A stretch of DNA of 64,000 nucleotides from the NCBI RefSeq assembly GCF_963921235.1, contig NC_086097.1, positions 140,988,001-141,052,000 of the forward strand. The letters run 5' to 3'. This document shows, piece by piece, positions 57,501 to 64,000 of this stretch. The notes beneath the pieces were generated by a model. That model did no database searches, was not told the origin of the DNA, and worked only from the letters and a program-made list of their open reading frames with translations. Made by a program: the position numbers and the translations under genes. Within the stretch, counting starts at the first letter, position 1. Each line of letters begins with the position of its first letter. The stretch comes from Mobula hypostoma (lineage: Eukaryota).

Positions 57501-60500
57501 GGAGTCTTCAGGACTGAGGCTAGGCAGGAGGCTGGATTCTTCAGGTTAGAGGTGAAGCAGGAGTCTGGAGTCTTCCGGCTAGTGGCTAGGCAGGAGGCTG
57601 TGGTCTTCAGACTTGAGGCTAGGCTGGAGGCTGGAGTCTTCAGGCTAGAAGCTAGGCAGGAGGCTGGAGTCTTCAGGCTTGAGGCTAAGCAGGAGGCTGT
57701 AGTCTTCAGGCTTCAGGCTAGGCAGGAGGCTAGTGTCTTCAGGCATCAGGCTGGGCAGGAATCTGGAGTGTTCAGGCTTGAGGCTAGGCAGGAGACTGTG
57801 GTCTTCAGACTTGAGGTTAGGCAGGAGGCTGGAGTCTTCACGTTTGAGGCTAGGCAGGAGGCTGGAGTCTTCAGGCTTGAGGCTAAGCAGGAGGCTGGAG
57901 TCTTCAGGCTTGAGGCTAGGCAGGAGGCTAGTGTCTTCAGGCATCAGGCTGGGCAGGAATCTGGAGTGTTCAGGCTTGAGGTTAGGCAGGATGCTGGAGT
58001 CTTCAGGCTTGAGGCTAAGCAGGAGGTTTGAGCCTTCAGGCTCGAGGCTAGACAGGAGGATGGAGTCTTCAGACCTGAGGCTAGGCTGGAGGCTGGAGTC
58101 TTCAGGCTGGAAGCTAGGCAGGAGGCTGGAGTTTTCTGGCTTGAGGTTAGGCAGGAAGCTAGAGTCTTCAAGCTTGAGGCTAGGCAGGAGACTGGAGTCT
58201 TCAGGCTTGAGGCTAGGCAGGAGACTGGACTCTTCAGGCTTGAGGTTTGGCAGGAGGCTCGAGTCTTTAGGCTAGAGGCTAGAGGCTAGAGACTTGAAGC
58301 GAGGCTTCGTTGGAGGCTGGAGACTGGAGACGAGACGATGCTTGGCAGGAGGGTTGAGACTTGAGACTTGAGGCGAGGCTTGGCAGGAGGCTGCAGATTT
58401 GAGAATTCAGACGAGGCCTGGCAGGAGACTAGCGACTTGAGACTTGAGACGAGGCTAGGCACGTGGCAGTACTCCAGGCTGGAGGCTATGCAGGCTGTTG
58501 GACTCGTGAGGCTTGAGGTTAGGCAGGAGGATAGAGTCTTCAAGCTTGAGGCGCGGCAGGAGGCTGGAGTCTTCAGGTTAGAGGTGAAGCAGGAGGCTGG
58601 AGTCTTCCGGCTAGTGGCTTAGCAGGATGTGGTCATCAGAATTGAGGCTTGGCTGGAGGCTGGAGTCTTCAGGCTAGAAGCTAGGCAGGAGGCTGGCATT
58701 TTCAGGCTTGAGGGTAGGCTGGATACTGGAGTCTTCAGACTTGAGGTTAGGCAGGAGGCTGGAGTCTTCACGTTTGAGGCTAGGCAGGAGGCTGGAGTCT
58801 TCAGGCATCAGGCTGGGCAGGAATCTGGAGTGCTCAGGCTTGAGGCTAGGCAGCAGAATGGACTCTTCAGGCTTGAGGCTAGGCAGGAGGCTGGAATCTT
58901 CAGACATGAGGTTAGGCAGAAGGCTTGAGTCTTCAAGCTTGAGGCTAGGCAGGAGGCTGGAGTCTTCAGGCTTGAGGCTAAGCAGGAGGTTTGAGCCTTC
59001 AGGCTCGAGGCTAGGCAGGAGGATGGAGTCGTCAGGTTTGAGGCTGAGGCTGGGCAGGAGTGTCGAGTCTTCAGGCTTGAGGCTAGGCAGTAGGCCGCAG
59101 TCTTCAGGCTGGAGGCTAGGCAGGAGGCTGCAGTCTTCAGGCTAGATGCTAGGCATGATGTTGGAGTCGTCAGGATTGAGGATAGGCAGGAGGCTGGAGT
59201 CTTCAGGATTGAGGCTAGGCAGGAGACTGGAGACTTCAGGCATCAGACTGGGCAGGAATCTGAAGTCTTCAGGCTTGAGACTAAGCAGGAGGCAGGAGTC
59301 GTCAGGATTGAGGCTGATGCTAGGCAGGAGTCTGGACTCTTCAGGCTAGAGGCTAGGCAGGAGGCTTGAGTCTTCAGGCGTGAGGCTAGGCAGGAGGCTG
59401 GAGTCTTCAGGCGTGAGGCTAGGCAGGAGGCTTCAGGCTTCAGGCTAGAGGATAGGCAGGAGGCTGCAGTCTTCAGGCTAGATGCTAGGCATGATTGTGG
59501 AGTCGTCAGGATTGAGGCTAGGCAGGAGGCTGGAGTCTTCAGCCGTGAGGATAGGCAGGAGGATGGAGACTTCAGTCTTGAGGTTAGGCAGGAGGTTGGA
59601 GTCTTCAGGCTAGAGGCTAGGCAGAAGGCTGTAGTCTTCAGGCTTGAAGCTAGGCAGGAGGCTGGAATCTTAAGGATTGAGGCTAGGCAGGAGGATGGAA
59701 TCATCAGGCTTGAGGCTAGGCTGGAGGCTGGAGTCTTCAGGCTTGAGGCTAGGCAGGAGGCTGGAGTCTTCAGGATTGTGGCTAGGCAGGAGGCTGGAGT
59801 ATTCAGGCTTGAAGCTAGGCAGGAGGATGGAGTCTTAAGGATTGAGGCTAGGCAGGAGGATGGAATCATCAGGCTTGAGGCTAGGCTGGAGGCTGGAGTC
59901 TTCAGGCTTGAGGCTAGGCAGGAGGCTGGAGTCTTCAGGCTTGAGACTAGGCAGGAGGCTGAAGCCTTCAAGCTTGAGGTTAGGCAGGAGGTTGGAGTCT
60001 TCAGGTGAGAGGCTAAGCAGGAGGCTGGAGTTTTCAGGCTAGAGGCTAGGCAGAAGGCTGCAGTCTTCAGGCTAGAGGCTAGGCAGGATGTTAGAGTCTT
60101 CAGACTTGAGGTTAGGCAGGCGGCTGGAGTCTTCACGTTTGAGGCTAGGCAGGAGGCTGGAGTCTTCAGGTTTGAGGCTGAACAGGAGGCTGGAGTCTTC
60201 AGGCTTGAGGCTAGGCAGGAGTCTAGTGTCTTCAGGCATCAGGCTGGGCAGGAATCTGGAGTGTTCAGGCTTGAGGCTAGGCAGGAGACTGGACTCTTCA
60301 GGCTTGAGGCTAGGCAGGAGGCTGGAATCTTCAGACTTGAGGTTAGGCAGAAGGCTTGAGTCTTCAAGCTTGAGGCTAGGCAGGAGGCTGGAGTCTTCAG
60401 GCTTGAGGCTAAGCAGGAGGTTTGAGCCTTCAGGCTCGAGGCTAGGCAGGAGGATGGAGTCGTCAGGATTGAGGCTGAGGCTGGGCAGGAGTCTGGAGTC

Positions 60501-63500
60501 TTCAGGCTTGAGGCTAGGCAGTAGGCTGCAGTCTTCAGGCTACAGGCTAGGCAGGAGGCTGCAGTCTTCAGGCTAGATGCTAGGCATGATGTTGGAGTCG
60601 TCAGGAATGAGGCTAGGCAGGAGGCTGGAGTCTTCAGGCTTGAGGCTAGGCAGGAGACCGGAGACTTCAGGTTTGTGGCTAGGCAGGAGGCTGTATTCTT
60701 CAGGCTAGAGGCTAGGCAGGAGGGTAGAGTCTTCAGGCCTGAGGCTAGGCAGGAGGCTAGAGACTTCAGCCTTGCGGCTAGGAAGGAGGCTGGTGTCTTC
60801 AGGCATCAGACTGGGCAGGAATCTGAAGTCCTCAGGCTTGAGACTAAGCAGGAGGCTGGAGTCGTCAGGATTGAGGCTGATGCTAGGCAGGAGTCTGGAC
60901 TCTTCAGGCTAGAGGCTAGGCAGGAGGCTTGAGTCTTCAAGCTTGAGGCTAGGCAGGAGGCTGCAGTCTTCAGGCGTGAGGCTAGGCAGGAGGCTGCAGT
61001 CTTCAGGCTAGAGGATAGGCAGGAGGCTGCAGTCTTCAGGCTAGATGCTAGGCATGATTGTGGAGTCGTCAGGATTGAGGCTAGGCAGGAGTCTGGAGTA
61101 TTCAGGCATCAGGCTAGGCAGCGGGCAGCATTATTCAGGTTTCAGACTAGGCAGGAGGCTGGAATCTTCAGGCTAGATGCTAAGCACGAGGCTGGTGTCT
61201 TCAGGCATCAGGATAGGCACGAAGCTGGAGTCTTCAAGCTTGAGGCTAGGCAGGAGGCTGGAGTCTTCAGGCGTGAGGCTAGGCAGGAGGATGGAGACTT
61301 CAGTCTTGAGGCTAAGCAGGAGTCTTGAGTCTTCAGACTAGGCAGGAGGCTGGAGTCTTCAAGCTAGAGGTTAGGCAGGAGGTTGGAGTCTTCAGGCTAG
61401 AGGCTAAGCAGGAGGCTGGAGTTTTCAGGCTAGAGGCTAGGCAGAAGGCTGTAGTCTTCTGGTTAAAGGCTAGGCAGGATGTTGGAGTATTCAGGCCTGA
61501 AGCTTGGCAGGAGGCTAGAGTCTTCAGGTTTGAGGCTAGGCAGGAGGCTGGAGTCTTCAGGTTAGCGGTGAAGCAGGAGGCTGGACACTTCCGGCTAGAG
61601 GCTAGGCAGGAGGCTGGAGTCTTCAGACTAGAGGCTAGGCAGGAGGCTGCAGTCTTCAGGCTAGAGGTTAGGCAGGAGGCTGGAGTCTTCATGCTAGTGG
61701 CTAAGCAGGAGGCTGGAGTCTTCAGTCTGGAGGCTAGAGGCTAGAGACTTGTAGCGAGGCTTGGTAGGAGGCTGGAAACTTGAGACGAGGAGAGGCTTGG
61801 CAGGAGCCGAGAGACTTGAGACTTCAGGAGAGGCTTGGCAGGAGGTTGGAGACTTCAGGCTAGAGGCTAAGCAGGAGGCTGGAATTTTCAGGCTAGAGGC
61901 TAGGCAGAAGGCTGTAGTCTTCAGGCTAGAGGCTAGGCAGGATGTTGGAGTCTTCAGGCCTGAAGCTAGGCAGGAGGCTAGAGTCTTCAGGTTTGAGGCT
62001 AGACAGGAGGCTGGAGACTTCAGGTTAGCGGTGAAGCAGGAGGCTGGACACTTCCAGCTAGAGGCTCGGCAGGAGGCTGCAGTCTTCAGACTAGAGGCTC
62101 GGCAGAAGGCTGCAGTCTTCAGGTTAGAGGTTAGTCAGGAGGCTGGAGTCTTCATGCTAGTGGCTAAGCAGGAGGCTGGAGTCTTCAGTCTGGAGGCTAG
62201 AGGCTAGAGACTTGTAGCGAGGCTTGGTAGGAGGCTGGAAACTTGAGACGAGGCGAGGCTTGGCAGGAGCCGAGAGACTTGAGACTTCAGGAGAGGCTTG
62301 GCAGGAGGTTGGAGACTTCAGGCTAGAGGCTAAGCAGGAGGCTGGAATTTTCAGGCTAGAGGCTAGGCAGAAGGCTGTAGTCTTCAGGCTAGAGGCTAGG
62401 CAGGATGTTGGAGTCTTCAGGCCTGAAGCTAGGCAGCAGGCTGGAATCTTCAGGCTTCAGGCTAGGCGGAAGGCTGGAGCCTTCAGGATTGTGGCTAGGC
62501 AGGAGACTGGAGTCTTCAGGCTTGAGGCTAGGCAGGAGGTTGGAGTCTTACGGATTGAGGCTAGGCAGGAGGCTGGAGTCTTCAGGCTTGAGGCTAGGCA
62601 GGAGGCTGGAGTCTGCAGGCTTGAGACTAGGCAGGAGGCTGAAGTCTTTAGGTTTGATGCTCGGCAAGAGGATGGAGTCTTCAGGCTTGAGGCTAGAGGA
62701 TAAAGATTTCAAGCGATGCTTCGTAGGAGGCTGGAGACTGGAGACGAGGCGATCCTTGGCAGTAGGGTGGAGACTTGAGAATTCAGGCGAGGCTTGACAG
62801 GAGGCTAGCGACTTGAGACTTGAGACGAGGCTAGGCACGTGGCAGTACTCCAGGCTAGAGGCTATGCAGGCTGTTGGAGTCGTCTGGCTTGAGGTTAGGC
62901 AGGAGGCTGGAGTCTTTAGGCTAGAGGCTAGAGGCTAGAGACTTGAAGCGAGGCTTCGTAGGAGGGTGGAGACTTTTGACGAGGCGAGGCTTGGCAGGAG
63001 GCTGGACTCTTGAGAATTGAGGCGAGGCTTGGCAGGAGGGTGGAGTCTTCAGGACTGAGGCTAGGGAGGAGGCTAGAGTCTTCAAGCTTGAGGCTAGGCA
63101 GGAGGCTGGAGTCTTCAGGTTAGCGGTGAAGCAGGAGGCTGGAGTCTTCCGGCTAGTGGCTAGGCAGGAGGCTGTGGTCTTCAGACTTCAGGCTAGGCTG
63201 GAGGCTAGAGTCTTCAGGCTGGAAACTAGGCAGGAGGCTGGCATTTTCAGGCTTGAGGGCAGGCTGGATACTGGAGTCATCAGACTTGAGGTTAGGCAGG
63301 AGGCTGGAGTCTTCATGCTAGTGGCTAAGCAGGAGGCTGGAGTCTTCAGTCTGGAGGCTAGAGGCTAGAGACTTGTAGCGAGGCTTGGTAGGAGGCTGGA
63401 AACTTGAGACGAGGAGAGGCTTGGCAGGAGCCGAGAGACGTGAGACTTCAGGAGAGGCTTGGCAGGAGGTTGGAGACTTCAGGCTAGAGGCTAAGCAGGA

Positions 63501-64000
63501 GGCTGGAATTTTCAGGCTAGAGGCTAGGCAGAAGGCTGTAGTCTTCAGGCTAGAGGCTAGGCAGGATGTTGGAGTCTTCAGGCCTGAAGCTAGGCAGCAG
63601 GCTGGAGTCTTCAGGCTTCAGGCTAGGCGGAAGGCTGGAGCCTTCAGGATTGTGGCTAGGCAGGAGGCTGGAGTCTTCAGGCTTGAAGCTAGGCAGGAGG
63701 CTGGAGTCTTAAGGATTGAGGCTAGGCAGGAGGATGGAGTCATCAGGCTTGAGGCTAGGCAGGAGGTTGGAGTCTTACGGATTGAGGCTAGGCAGGAGGC
63801 TGGAGTCTGCAGGCTTGAGACTAGGCAGGAGGCTGAAGTCTTTAGGTTTGATGCTCGGCAAGAGGATGGAGTCTTCAGGCTTGAGGCTAGAGGATAAAGA
63901 TTTCAAGCGATGCTTCGTAGGAGGCTGGAGACTGGAGACGAGGCGATCCTTGGCAGTAGGGTGGAGACTTGAGAATTCAGGCGAGGCTTGACAGGAGGCT
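33555..64000 (+). repeat. Giant 33-bp G-rich minisatellite (at least 30.4 kb, roughly 900 units), continuing past the window end, with higher-order repeats
   Basis: Consensus GAGGCTAGGCAGGAGGCTGGAGTCTTCAGGCTT. It translates as EARQEAGVFRL / RLGRRLESSGL on + and SSLKTPASCLA on -, explaining all ORFs in this half. Variant blocks recur at fixed multi-kb offsets. Confidence 0.98.

Noticed and set aside
33597-63991. Dozens of long ORFs (up to 1014 aa) in the repeat half
   Set aside because: They are translations of the 33-bp unit (11 codons), which lacks stops in several frames on both strands. There is no unique domain or splice structure, and stops recur at HOR-periodic positions.
33555-64000. 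PRDM9-type CCNCCNTNNCCNC motif on the C-rich strand
   Set aside because: The consensus CCTCCTGCCTAGC does not fit the motif, and PRDM9 specificity is lineage-specific.

Overview
This is vertebrate DNA, most likely from a cartilaginous fish (inferred from the CR1, V-SINE and Penelope repeat set and the V-gene style). It has two halves. Positions 1-33.5 kb form a T-cell receptor V-segment array, best matching TCR gamma (TRGV). Three + strand V segments lie at ~0.9, ~12.0 and ~30.0 kb, each with a leader exon, a ~80-nt phase-1 intron, a V exon ending YYCA(Y/V)W and a 22/23-spacer RSS. They are embedded in nested CR1 LINEs, two solo LTRs with TSDs, a near-complete IR-DR Tc1 element, V-SINEs and Penelope- and Rex1-like fragments. 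Only V#1 is canonical. V#2 has an in-frame deletion of ~17 codons removing the HWYxQ/FR2 core. V#3 has a 17-nt tandem duplication in CDR1 yet stays in frame. From ~33.55 kb to the window end (at least 30 kb) is a G-skewed 33-bp minisatellite (GAGGCTAGGCAGGAGGCTGGAGTCTTCAGGCTT) with four RGYW motifs per unit and multi-kb higher-order repeats; its composition resembles an Ig switch region. I found no J or C segment. All long ORFs past 33.5 kb are repeat artefacts.
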